Assembly (NCBI RefSeq): GCF_002087085.1
Contig: NZ_MWQY01000003.1
Coordinates: 62,001 to 126,000 of the forward strand
DNA: 64,000 nt
Direction: 5' to 3'
Under the pieces are notes generated by a model, which ran no database searches, was not told the origin of the DNA, and saw nothing but the letters and a program-made list of their open reading frames with translations. Numbering within the stretch: position 1 is the first letter of the stretch; every line of letters begins with the position of its first letter. Positions 32,350-41,220 of the stretch are shown here, one piece after another. The translations under genes and the position numbers were made by a program.

Positions 32350-33159
32350 TTATTTCTGCTCTTCCGTCAGACATAGATATTCTCTCCTTGCATAGTGTTT
32401 AATCGGCATCAGAAAAGGCCGGATAAATGCTTCCCTGGATTTCTGGTCAATTTCAATTAGGCTGATACCGAAATCATATTTCCACGTTCTAAGCTTCCGG
32501 GTAAAGCTGGACTGCCGCGGGCCTCTCATTTGCAGAGCGGGGGCAATGTAGACGATACGCATAAAGCCGCGCCTGGAGTCTGCTGTCTCGACTTTAAAAC
32601 AATAATGATCGTGAGCTCTGAGCAGGATGTCAGCTGACTGGTAATCTTCGAATTCAGCCTGCAAAATATCGTTTATCAATTCTTTCTGCATTTGCGTTTG
32701 CTGGCCGTAGGGGATATCGCTTCTCCCGACTACATGCCGGACGTGGATCTTTCTGCCATAGACTTCAAGCCTCAATTCGTCGTGGGCCTTGAGTCCGAAA
32801 GCGCCAGCTAAAATGTCCTCATACGCTGTATCACCGTCAGTGTGGAAACCGGTTCCCTTGACGATATGTATGCGGTCAGCTTTCGGCAGGCTGATTATCT
32901 GCTCAGCCATCCGGCACTGTTCGCCGATATCTGTTGTCAGGTGTGATGTGGTTTCTTTTTTTCCGGGGCCGTCGATTGCGTCGCCGTTGACAATTAAATC
33001 ATCAACTGGGCCTATCTGCTCGACAATTGACTGGTAAAAATGCCATGCGGGAATTTGCCAACTGGTGCAATCGTTCCTGTGCCAATCCGGAGGCGTTAAT
33101 CCGAGCAAGTGCCCGCAGTGCATATCGTTGATCAAAAGAGTCCTGTGGTATCTCGGCAT
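32350..33159 (-). CDS. Calcineurin-like metallophosphoesterase
   Basis: DMHCG, NGDAIDG, GTGFH, RH, AHDH. Confidence 0.85.
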   Translation of the reverse strand: MPRYHRTLLINDMHCGHLLGLTPPDWHRNDCTSWQIPAWHFYQSIVEQIGPVDDLIVNGDAIDGPGKKETTSHLTTDIGEQCRMAEQIISLPKADRIHIVKGTGFHTDGDTAYEDILAGAFGLKAHDELRLEVYGRKIHVRHVVGRSDIPYGQQTQMQKELINDILQAEFEDYQSADILLRAHDHYCFKVETADSRRGFMRIVYIAPALQMRGPRQSSFTRKLRTWKYDFGISLIEIDQKSREAFIRPFLMPIKHYARREYLCLTEEQK

Positions 33160-33162
33160 AGG

Positions 33163-33591
33163 CTACTTTTTAAGCGCATTCCTCAGATCGCGCATTTCGG
33201 TTGTAAAGTGTTCAAACTGGCTTGACCACATCTGGAAAAGTTTCGTCTGTTCTTTCTCAAAGGCGGCTTTCCATTCGATATGATTATCCCTGAGACTGCC
33301 AAGCGACTGCGCAAAGGTGTCCATATATTTTGACAGGTTATCGACGTTGCGGGTAAGGTCCGTTATCTTGGCGCCTAATTCATCTTTCAGGACGTCAACT
33401 TTCCCGTCAATCTCGGATATGTCGTTTTCAATTTCAACGCGATTTTCCTCCAAGTTGCGGATCCGTGGCTCAAGGCCGGCTACGACCTTTTCGATTGTCG
33501 AGAGCATCAGCCAGGATTTGATTATCAACGCGATTGAGGCTATAAGCGTAACGGGTATTCCGATAGCAACAAGTTGATCGATAAATTCCAT
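33163..33591 (-). CDS. Membrane-anchored coiled-coil protein (holin/XhlA-like candidate)
   Basis: One N-terminal TM helix followed by heptad repeats. Confidence 0.5.
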   Translation of the reverse strand: MEFIDQLVAIGIPVTLIASIALIIKSWLMLSTIEKVVAGLEPRIRNLEENRVEIENDISEIDGKVDVLKDELGAKITDLTRNVDNLSKYMDTFAQSLGSLRDNHIEWKAAFEKEQTKLFQMWSSQFEHFTTEMRDLRNALKK

Positions 33592-33604
33592 TCTTCTTTA
33601 CCCC

Positions 33605-33988
33605 CTACACTGCAACAATTTTATAAACAAAAAAGATCAGCTCCATGGTGGTTGGCCGATTGTTTCCGAGCGTGGTATCTATCTCGCCGCGAATCGAAAG
33701 ACGCCTTTCCGCTTTGGCAATTTTTACGCCCTGCTCAATGGTAAAAACATCAGCATCCTCTGCGGTCAAATCGTCTCCTTCGAGATTAACAATAACCGGG
33801 TTGGCAGAATCTACGGCCACATCTTCCCGACTGTTTTTCACATTCCCGTTTTTGTCGGTCAGCGTCCATGTGACAGTGCCAGCATTCGGGGTTGTTGCCG
33901 CCTTCGCTTCATCCCTGAAAGTAAACTCAGGCGAATAGCTACTCCCTGCCGGGACTGACACACGGTCTATCTGGTAGGCGTTCGGCAT
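33605..33988 (-). CDS. Virion accessory Ig-fold protein (BppU-like adaptor candidate)
   Basis: Beta-rich 127 aa; coupled to the fibre module. Confidence 0.45.
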   Translation of the reverse strand: MPNAYQIDRVSVPAGSSYSPEFTFRDEAKAATTPNAGTVTWTLTDKNGNVKNSREDVAVDSANPVIVNLEGDDLTAEDADVFTIEQGVKIAKAERRLSIRGEIDTTLGNNRPTTMELIFFVYKIVAV

Positions 33989-34429
33989 TTAGTCCTCCGT
34001 GATATCCAGTTCACCAGCTCCGAATTCGGGTGTTATGCCGTTTGATACATTCAGGGTTGCCGAAAGAGCGCCAGAGTATAGGAGCTTGCCGGTTCCGGTT
34101 TCGGAAGTCCCGATGCCGAAGTATGTAATCGCGTTTGTTCCTCCGGTACACGCCCCGAAAGTTATAGCCGCAGCATTGGCCGCAGCGTTCCCGGTAACGG
34201 TCCAGCCGCCGGAAGTACGAGCAACCGAGACGCGACCATATCCGGTATAGTCCGCTTCCGACGTTGACTGGTTCCCCGCCTCTCCTGGGTCCGCAGTATG
34301 CAGACTGACGTAAAGCACCCCGGCAGCAGATGATCCACGCAGTCCGGTAGCATCGCCGACGTTTGCAATATTCGTATTGTTAAGCAGCAGCAGTAAAAGC
34401 TCATTCTCAAAGGTATTGGATTTGCTCAT
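33989..34429 (-). CDS. Small phage fibre-associated structural protein
   Basis: LYVSLHTADPGE, YTGYGRVSV, GKLLYSGAL; resembles a widespread ~140-aa phage family often annotated as tail fibre protein. Confidence 0.65.
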   Translation of the reverse strand: MSKSNTFENELLLLLLNNTNIANVGDATGLRGSSAAGVLYVSLHTADPGEAGNQSTSEADYTGYGRVSVARTSGGWTVTGNAAANAAAITFGACTGGTNAITYFGIGTSETGTGKLLYSGALSATLNVSNGITPEFGAGELDITED

Positions 34430-34442
34430 TTCATCCCCTCAC

Positions 34443-36821
34443 TTAATTCAAGTTGCGGCCCCGTACGGATGCCGTTATTCCTGTTCGCAAAACAGAGCAA
34501 GCAATACCGGTGCCCTGCCGCGTAAACTCAATTGTGATTTCCCCTATCGGGATATTTGCCCCGTCGCGGAGTGTACCGGTTAATGTTGCGACGCCTGCCG
34601 CCTGCCCTGATAAAGCGCCGACACCGGAAAGCGTACCGGTGATGGTAACCGTACCGGCTGACAGGCCAGATAATGCGCCTTTTGCTTGTAAAGTCCCGGT
34701 GACGACCGAAGAACCGGCCGCAACTCCTTGTAGGTTTCCGGTCGGTGCCGCGTTGTGGAGAGTACCGGAGGCAATACACGACCCCTCGGATAACCCGTTC
34801 AGTGATCCGACGCCGAAAAGGAGCGCTGTAATATCGCACGTACCGGCCGCAGAACCGGAGAGAGATCCAGTACCAGAGAGAATTGCCGAGACGGTCGCAA
34901 GCCCGTAAGCTGATCCAGACAAACTACCAGTGCCGGTCAGGACGCCGGAAAGAACGGATGCCCCTTCGGAGGCCCCGGACAATGCACCTGTGCCGGTAAG
35001 AGTACCCGATGCCGTGGACGTGCCCTCCGATGTGCCAGAGATTGCGCCTGATCCTCCGCCCTCGGTGCGATAGATAAAATCAACGTATGTTGTGTAGGTA
35101 GAATCCCCGTCGTCCTCAGTGTAAAGCACCGGAAAATAGTCAGCGTTGGATGGGAGGACCGGAGCTACATTCGGGTGTCCGCTGGGTGCAGAGTCATTGA
35201 CAATTACCTCAGCGCTCCATCCAGCATCATACGATCTGCGGCATATATCGCCGTCACTGTTGACATATAGACAGTAGACAACCCCGTCATCCTGGTAGCC
35301 GATTGCGGGTTCAGAATTAAACGTACCGGGAGTTGCGAGCGTAACCGGACTACTCCACGAGTTCCCCCATGTTTTATGAGCATGCCGGATAACGTACGTT
35401 CCATCGACCTGATCTGCCCAGACTACATGTATAGTGCCGTCACTATCGATAGTAGCTCCGAACTGCCGGGTGAGAGCGTCACTTGACGCAGTTGTAATGT
35501 AATCAGTGTCAGCGTCAAAACTGTCTACGCCGTCCCAACGATACAGATAAAATCTACATCCGCCCGTCCTCTGCTCATAGACAACAAGCGCGGGCCTGCC
35601 GTCTGCAACGACCATCCCCACGCGATGCTCAGTATCAAACGTGTCTCCGGTGTTATAGGTAGCTGTAAACGTCTCACCGTTATCGCCGGAATAGTGCACA
35701 TAGATAAGGTCTGCTCCGGACTGCGAAACAACCCGATCTGATATCCATAGATTTGTACCGTCTGCGACCATGCCTCCGCACGACCCAGTATTACCTGCCC
35801 CCCATGGATTAAGAGCGGCGTCGTCGGCACTGACATGGTGCGCTCCGAGGTAGACTGAGGCAAAAAACTTGCGGTATGTAATTCCACCGGCACCGTTACG
35901 ATCAGCTGTATGCAAATATCCGGCAGAATCAATCCATACTGTAGTATGATAGTTAAAATCAAAATCGCCGACCGGGTGCCATGTCGCGCCCCAGTCGTTG
36001 GAGAAAAAAATGTCGTTGCCGGTCGCCTGCACCACTGCCCAGATATTCCAGGGGTACGTCTGATGAGGGATTATTTTGTATCGTGGAAGGGCCAGCGTCG
36101 CATCGTCTGTTACATCAGTCGCAAGAGGTACGCGTCCTGTCGGTGTTGCCGGCTCTGTTGTTTTAAGGGCATCGTCAGGAGTTCCACTTGTCGGGTTATC
36201 TCCGCTGTTGAGCGTATATGTGCCACTGAGCGTGATCCCGCCCTCGTCATCGATAATGTCGCCTGCGAATGGACAGTGTACGATCAGATCAGTAGTCGAG
36301 ATATTCTGAGGATCAACACCGGCAAGGTATGCATCCGCCTCAGCTGGAGTTAAAACTCTGTCCCAGATAGCAAGCTGTGCAAGCGATCCGTCAAAATATG
36401 ATCCGGGAGAAGAGTCGTTAAAACGCCCAAGAGCTAATTGATTAACGTTATCAGGCGTTAGTCCGTTGCTACCAGAGACAACTTCAATTTCACCGTCTGT
36501 CCCCATTAAACGGAGTGTCGTGTCATCGGCCTCGAAAATTATGACTACCCTGCGCCATACGCCGGTAGCTATTGTGCCGGTACTACGGACATTATTTATC
36601 ACACTATCACGGGCGCCAGCTTCGATTACATTGCCCTCACCGTGATTAAAGTAGATGTACCCCAACCAGTCTGCTGATTGACTCGTATTTGCGATGCAAA
36701 ATAGTGTCCCGTCTGATAGACTGTCAAGTTTAAATGACAGTGCGACGGTAAAAGGGTAACCAGTTACCGGAGTTGAGCTATCTATGTATTGTGAGCTGCC
36801 AGCGTCAAACTGTATACCCAT
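34443..36821 (-). CDS. Putative receptor-binding/adhesin protein: LamG-like domain, BNR/propeller domain, 20-aa Gly repeats
   Basis: Start moved to MGIQFDAG (SD GAGG); LamG-like YFDGSLAQLAIWDRVLT; Asp-boxes SNDWGATW and SGDNGETF; C-terminal repeats. Confidence 0.75.
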   Translation of the reverse strand: MGIQFDAGSSQYIDSSTPVTGYPFTVALSFKLDSLSDGTLFCIANTSQSADWLGYIYFNHGEGNVIEAGARDSVINNVRSTGTIATGVWRRVVIIFEADDTTLRLMGTDGEIEVVSGSNGLTPDNVNQLALGRFNDSSPGSYFDGSLAQLAIWDRVLTPAEADAYLAGVDPQNISTTDLIVHCPFAGDIIDDEGGITLSGTYTLNSGDNPTSGTPDDALKTTEPATPTGRVPLATDVTDDATLALPRYKIIPHQTYPWNIWAVVQATGNDIFFSNDWGATWHPVGDFDFNYHTTVWIDSAGYLHTADRNGAGGITYRKFFASVYLGAHHVSADDAALNPWGAGNTGSCGGMVADGTNLWISDRVVSQSGADLIYVHYSGDNGETFTATYNTGDTFDTEHRVGMVVADGRPALVVYEQRTGGCRFYLYRWDGVDSFDADTDYITTASSDALTRQFGATIDSDGTIHVVWADQVDGTYVIRHAHKTWGNSWSSPVTLATPGTFNSEPAIGYQDDGVVYCLYVNSDGDICRRSYDAGWSAEVIVNDSAPSGHPNVAPVLPSNADYFPVLYTEDDGDSTYTTYVDFIYRTEGGGSGAISGTSEGTSTASGTLTGTGALSGASEGASVLSGVLTGTGSLSGSAYGLATVSAILSGTGSLSGSAAGTCDITALLFGVGSLNGLSEGSCIASGTLHNAAPTGNLQGVAAGSSVVTGTLQAKGALSGLSAGTVTITGTLSGVGALSGQAAGVATLTGTLRDGANIPIGEITIEFTRQGTGIACSVLRTGITASVRGRNLN
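34560..35048 (-). repeat. Eight tandem ~20-aa coding repeats, approximate consensus G[AS]LSGxxxGxxxxxGxLxGx
   Basis: GAISGTSEGTSTASGTLTGT / GALSGASEGASVLSGVLTGT / GSLSGSAYGLATVSAILSGT etc. Confidence 0.85.
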
Positions 36822-36844
36822 AAGTTCCTCAGGTTCCTCCTGCC

Positions 36845-37294
36845 CTACATCCCCGAATCCCGCAAGCCCTGTATTTTCTTTAAGTCCGTCTCCTCTTGCC
36901 ACGGGAAATACCCGAAAGGGCCGTCTTGAGTGACGGGTACCTCCTCGGTAGAATATGCGAGCGATGAATAGGTTACATTCCCGCCGCCATCGGTGTGTTT
37001 GTATCTCAGGGCGACATACCAAGGGACTCTCGGATAGAGTGCAATCTGCATTTGTGTTGCTGTGGTTATGCCGAAGAAAGTCAGGTTTTCAATCGGCTGA
37101 ACTTCAATGTCGCTTCCGGGATATCCGTAGACTTCATATTCAATCATATCCCCCGGGAGGAATGGATTTCCGTCTGCGTCCTCAATTATCGCGTTCCATT
37201 CCAATGTCGGATGTGAATTGTAAAATACCTGCTCCTGCGAAAAAGCGAAAAATAAAAGAAGCGTAAAAATCAAAACGAATAAAATCTTTTTCAT
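36845..37294 (-). CDS. Exported FN3/Ig-like protein
   Basis: Sec signal MKKILFVLIFTLLLFFAFS; TLEWNA...YEVY...WYVALR pattern. Confidence 0.65.
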   Translation of the reverse strand: MKKILFVLIFTLLLFFAFSQEQVFYNSHPTLEWNAIIEDADGNPFLPGDMIEYEVYGYPGSDIEVQPIENLTFFGITTATQMQIALYPRVPWYVALRYKHTDGGGNVTYSSLAYSTEEVPVTQDGPFGYFPWQEETDLKKIQGLRDSGM

Positions 37295-37458
37295 GACATA
37301 ATCTCCCTAATTAAAATCAATCCAGCGGTTGCCATAGATGCGGCAATACCGACGGTGTTCCCAATGCTTCCCGGATCGCCTCCGGTCAGCACAAAAACAA
37401 TCACGCAAACAATCGCACAAGCAAGCGCGCTCCTATTCACTATCTTTTTTATTTTCAT
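37291..37458 (-). CDS. Small two-TM protein (holin candidate)
   Basis: SD GAGGAG; MKIKK then two hydrophobic segments; follows the spanin pair. Confidence 0.55.
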   Translation of the reverse strand: MKIKKIVNRSALACAIVCVIVFVLTGGDPGSIGNTVGIAASMATAGLILIREIMS

Positions 37459-37729
37459 ATTCTCCTCGTATGCGAAAATATTTTTCTTCCGTTGCTCGAA
37501 CATCCAGGTAATATTCGGCAATCTGAATCCACAGCTCAGATGGTATTGTCACCGTCTGGCCGTCCTCTGAATATTTGACCCCGAAAGGATCAGGCGGCCT
37601 GGGAAAATCAATCTCCGGCGGGAGTATCGTTTCCGTCACTGTCTGCGGCGAGCTTATGCATGATGTCAGTAGCAGACCGAGCAGGATGATCGCTATTGCG
37701 AATCTTCCGCTTTTTTTTAGCAGTGTCAC
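37433..37729 (-). CDS. Outer-membrane spanin (Rz1-like lipoprotein)
   Basis: Lipobox LTSC, Pro-rich LPPEIDFPRPPDP; starts inside the i-spanin gene with its own GGAGG. Confidence 0.7.
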   Translation of the reverse strand: MTLLKKSGRFAIAIILLGLLLTSCISSPQTVTETILPPEIDFPRPPDPFGVKYSEDGQTVTIPSELWIQIAEYYLDVRATEEKYFRIRGEYENKKDSE

Positions 37730-37925
37730 GGTTTACCTCCTCAATTGCGTGTATTATGTGATCCCTACGCCTCACCTCTTCGGTTAGCCTGTGGACTTCC
37801 TTCCGGTGTTCCCGGCGCTCAATGTCGCGCTCTTTGACTATTCCGGCGGTATGTTTAAGCTGTTTTATCCAGAGGAAAAATCCGCCCCCTGAAAGCAAGG
37901 TTGCAATTAAAGCCCATGTCAACAC
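37608..37925 (-). CDS. Inner-membrane spanin (Rz-like)
   Basis: N-terminal TM helix plus coiled coil; overlaps the lipoprotein gene. Confidence 0.7.
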   Translation of the reverse strand: MLTWALIATLLSGGGFFLWIKQLKHTAGIVKERDIERREHRKEVHRLTEEVRRRDHIIHAIEEVNRDTAKKKRKIRNSDHPARSATDIMHKLAADSDGNDTPAGD

Positions 37926-37926
37926 T

Positions 37927-38253
37927 TTATGCCTCCCATGTGCATTGACCCGCTACCGCTCGCCACGTATCGCCGTATTCGCGGTTGTGAAGAGTTACAG
38001 TTAATTTGACATTTCGTAGCAGCAGGTGGTAATGGTCATAATCAAAGGTCTCAAACTCGCGGACCATTTCGTCAGCCTCGAAGATATAAAGCATGTTGTC
38101 GGCTGGTTGCCAGATAGGGACAACTGGTTCCGGCTCAGGCTCAGGGATAATTTCTGGCTCATCGATTGCCACTGGAGCAGTTTCCAACTCCATCGGCTGT
38201 GCGCAAGCTGACAGGATCAGCGCAAGGCTAATCAATTTTAACAATGTGGTCAT
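37927..38253 (-). CDS. Lipoprotein with Pro/Glu linker and small C-terminal domain
   Basis: Lipobox LSAC; EPEIIPEPEPEP linker. Confidence 0.75.
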   Translation of the reverse strand: MTTLLKLISLALILSACAQPMELETAPVAIDEPEIIPEPEPEPVVPIWQPADNMLYIFEADEMVREFETFDYDHYHLLLRNVKLTVTLHNREYGDTWRAVAGQCTWEA

Positions 38254-38443
38254 AACCGGTTTCCCGCTTGAGGATTATCGCCCTGAGTTTTACGTTCTTC
38301 AAAATCAAGTCTCTGTTTTCCTCGGTCACTTCGACGGACTTCACCTCTTCTAAGATTTCACGTTGCTGGTCAACCGTCTCGCCTTCTACGTCGACCGGCA
38401 CCGTTTCATATTCGCCGGTTTTTTTCAAAATCTTCGCTATCAT
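38228..38443 (-). CDS. Small tail-fibre-associated protein
   Basis: SD AGGAG; directly downstream of the tail fibre gene. Confidence 0.6.
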   Translation of the reverse strand: MIAKILKKTGEYETVPVDVEGETVDQQREILEEVKSVEVTEENRDLILKNVKLRAIILKRETGYDHIVKID

Positions 38444-38452
38444 AAAATCTCC

Positions 38453-39511
38453 TTATGCTACGTATGAGCGGCCCCACAGATACATGTAGGCTGCTATGTT
38501 TCTGGGCCTGGTCTCACCGTCGGTTGTTGCCGAGGTGCGGGCGTTGGGCGACCCTGAAGAATCTAAAGAAACCAAGAATCTATTATAGCTACCTGAAGTA
38601 GCAGCAACCCCATCTGCAATGGCTGTCTGGTAAAAAGCGCCAGTAGCGGGTGCAATAGCTGATCCAGACGCTACAATAACGTCTCCCGTTATCCTCTGCA
38701 TCTGATCGAGCTTCCGAAAACCGCTTACCCTGTCCGACCCCTCTGACATGATTGCGTATCCGTCAACGGGGAAAAGTCTCGCCGTGGTTGTCGACCCTGC
38801 GACCCGGTGCCGGTAGAACGAGGCGACGGCTGTCACTCCGCCGGAATTGTCGGATGCTGCATAGGCGAAAGATATCGTTCTGGATGCTGCGTCAACGTCG
38901 GTAATGGCGTAATCCCCCGCGGCAATGTCTCCAATAGCCGATGCAAGCGTGATGGTCTGCCAGTTTCCATATCCGCCATGTGCCACGGTGTCTTCCGACA
39001 GGACTCCAAGGATTGCGAGCTCGGCGGTAGTGTTGGCAAAGGTCAGTGTTGCAACGTTCGAGACTATCGCCCAATTGGTGACGTCAAACTGGTATTTCTC
39101 CCCCGTTTTGTTGTGCATGTAATAAGCGGGTCGCGCCCTAAGTACCGGCACAAGGTCGGGCCAGTTGGTCGCGGAAATATCAAGATGGTCTTCGATACTG
39201 GACAGGCACACCGCAGGGTTGAAATCTTCAGGGTTGTCTTTATCGAAGGCGGCCGGGGCTTCGTATTCCTCGGAGAAAAAAACCTCTCCAAGCTTTTTAC
39301 CGTATTTAATCGCCATTCCTTTTATTGCCGATAGAATGTATGTATTCGATCCGTCGGCCTCGGCAATTGAAAATTCATCTTGAACGCCGATAAGCTCCCG
39401 CTGTACGTCGTTCGCCCATTGAGCGGTGACAACCGTTCCGTCGGGGTTTGTTATCGGGTCGTAGTCTGCAAACTCATTTGATACATGCCCTGGTCCTGCT
39501 ATTTTTCTCAT
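38453..39511 (-). CDS. Tail fibre protein
   Basis: Baseplate-attachment N-terminus (GTVVTAQWANDVQREL); fibre-tip motifs DQMQRITG and ETRPRNIA. Confidence 0.85.
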   Translation of the reverse strand: MRKIAGPGHVSNEFADYDPITNPDGTVVTAQWANDVQRELIGVQDEFSIAEADGSNTYILSAIKGMAIKYGKKLGEVFFSEEYEAPAAFDKDNPEDFNPAVCLSSIEDHLDISATNWPDLVPVLRARPAYYMHNKTGEKYQFDVTNWAIVSNVATLTFANTTAELAILGVLSEDTVAHGGYGNWQTITLASAIGDIAAGDYAITDVDAASRTISFAYAASDNSGGVTAVASFYRHRVAGSTTTARLFPVDGYAIMSEGSDRVSGFRKLDQMQRITGDVIVASGSAIAPATGAFYQTAIADGVAATSGSYNRFLVSLDSSGSPNARTSATTDGETRPRNIAAYMYLWGRSYVA

Positions 39512-39514
39512 TGT

Positions 39515-40144
39515 CTACTCCTTGCCTACTTCTGCAAGCCCGGTCACACCGAGCCCTACCATGGCGGTGTCGGTGATACCAAGTACCGTCACGTCATAGA
39601 CCGCCGTATGTGTCAGCGGTGCTATCCTATCTAAGATATTTTGAATTCCGTTAAGGTCATACGGTGTTGAGATTTCGCCGGTGACGCGGTAATAATAGAC
39701 GGGATATGTCCCGTCCATAGCTCCGGCAGGTACCCAAGATTGATAATCGGTCGTTACCATCTTGCCGATCATGCCGATACCTACCTGGTTAATCGGTTCT
39801 ATTTCCACCTCTTCGATGGTTACGTTCGGATACGCAACCTGTAAGACAGCCTCGATGTATTCTTTCGATTGGCCACCGATCGCAGTAAATGCCTGCTTTG
39901 CCCGCTTCCGTAGTGTCGCCGTCGATTGTGTCGGGTCATAGGTAATTCCGAGCTGTGCATACCATTGCTGTAGCGTATCGGTGGCGGTGCCTGGGTTGCT
40001 CTCGGTGATAACGTCCATTAGGAATTCCCGGAGGCGTTCCAAGGAAAGCGCGAGGGCGTCAACCAACTGTCCGATATTTCCGAACAGTTGCCACGGGTGG
40101 CCAGGTGGGAAAAGGCTTCTCAATGTCGAGCGCATTATACCCAT
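39515..40144 (-). CDS. Baseplate wedge protein (Mu gp48/DUF2313-like)
   Basis: LFPPGHPW, ESNPGTA..TLQQW, GGQS, APLTHT; follows baseplate J. Confidence 0.8.
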   Translation of the reverse strand: MGIMRSTLRSLFPPGHPWQLFGNIGQLVDALALSLERLREFLMDVITESNPGTATDTLQQWYAQLGITYDPTQSTATLRKRAKQAFTAIGGQSKEYIEAVLQVAYPNVTIEEVEIEPINQVGIGMIGKMVTTDYQSWVPAGAMDGTYPVYYYRVTGEISTPYDLNGIQNILDRIAPLTHTAVYDVTVLGITDTAMVGLGVTGLAEVGKE

Positions 40145-41220
40145 GATAATGTCCTCAAAACGGCAAGTTCTGAATCATCCAGTTCATACGATGCGATAGA
40201 AGAGCCTCCCGCATTCTTCAGTACCACCGTGGCGACCAGGGCCCCGGCGTCGGCGGTGATTTTTGCGATCTCAACTTGACTGACGGTGTGTAGGTCGTTC
40301 GGCTGATCGTCGTACTGCAATGGACGGCGGCTGTACATATAATTTTCAATTGCCGTTTCAATCGCCGCTTTTACTGCTGCGGTGTTCGGTGATAAATTGC
40401 TGATGTCAACGTCAAAGTTTAATTCACTAAACGCCACTGCAGACACTTGAGCATTAAGCGGTTTTCGTTCCGGGTCGCTGACGTAGTTTTCTACCTCGGT
40501 CAATTTCGTCGAGTCCGGGATTCTGTCTGCTGGGTCATCAACGTCCAGGAGCGGATAAATATTTACAAAACCGGCCGACGGCTGAAAAGCGAAAGCCTCG
40601 GCGATGCCGGAAACCTCAGTTGCCCATAGAACATAGTCCGCAACGGATCCGCCCTGTGGTATGTTCTGCTGACGGTAAAGGATGCGGGAACGAAAAGCCG
40701 AAAGCGTTTCCTGATCTGCGCCGGACTGCGTGACCGAGGCAACGGTAATTGTATTATCAACTCCTGCCTGCGGGGTGACGATTGAAAGGGTGTCGGCAAC
40801 ATCAAGGTGTACCGCTTCTCCGCCTTCGAGTGATTCAAGTTTTAGCGTGCCGGTGGTGGTAAAGGTGAGCGCATCTGTGACCTGATAAACATTTCCGCTA
40901 TCCTGGAAAAGTGTTCCTATTGCAATGGTTGCCCCTGATCCTGTGACGGTCGCAGTGCCTATCCATTTTTGAGCCGGCGTCCTTGTTAGTCCGTATTCTT
41001 GCCCCCGGAGTGATAGGGCGTCATCGTCCATCGTTGCTGTAAAAATCTGGTCGTATAACCATGCCCCGACCCGGTAGAGAAGATGAAGCGCCCCGGCTAA
41101 TGCGGCAGCGAGTACACGCCAGACAGCGCGGGGAAGCAGTGGGGCTTCCTGCCCGGTTTGCGTTTCAATGTCTGATAATATCTGGTCTCTGATTTCCGCG
41201 ATGGTAGGAATCGTTATCAT
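40135..41220 (-). CDS. Baseplate J / Mu gp47-like protein
   Basis: GADQETLSAFRSR, PQGGSVADYVLWA. Confidence 0.9.
   Translation of the reverse strand: MITIPTIAEIRDQILSDIETQTGQEAPLLPRAVWRVLAAALAGALHLLYRVGAWLYDQIFTATMDDDALSLRGQEYGLTRTPAQKWIGTATVTGSGATIAIGTLFQDSGNVYQVTDALTFTTTGTLKLESLEGGEAVHLDVADTLSIVTPQAGVDNTITVASVTQSGADQETLSAFRSRILYRQQNIPQGGSVADYVLWATEVSGIAEAFAFQPSAGFVNIYPLLDVDDPADRIPDSTKLTEVENYVSDPERKPLNAQVSAVAFSELNFDVDISNLSPNTAAVKAAIETAIENYMYSRRPLQYDDQPNDLHTVSQVEIAKITADAGALVATVVLKNAGGSSIASYELDDSELAVLRTLSWV

Noticed and set aside
38453..38750. Tail fibre tip as a diversity-generating retroelement target
   Set aside because: No reverse transcriptase or template repeat noticed in the window.
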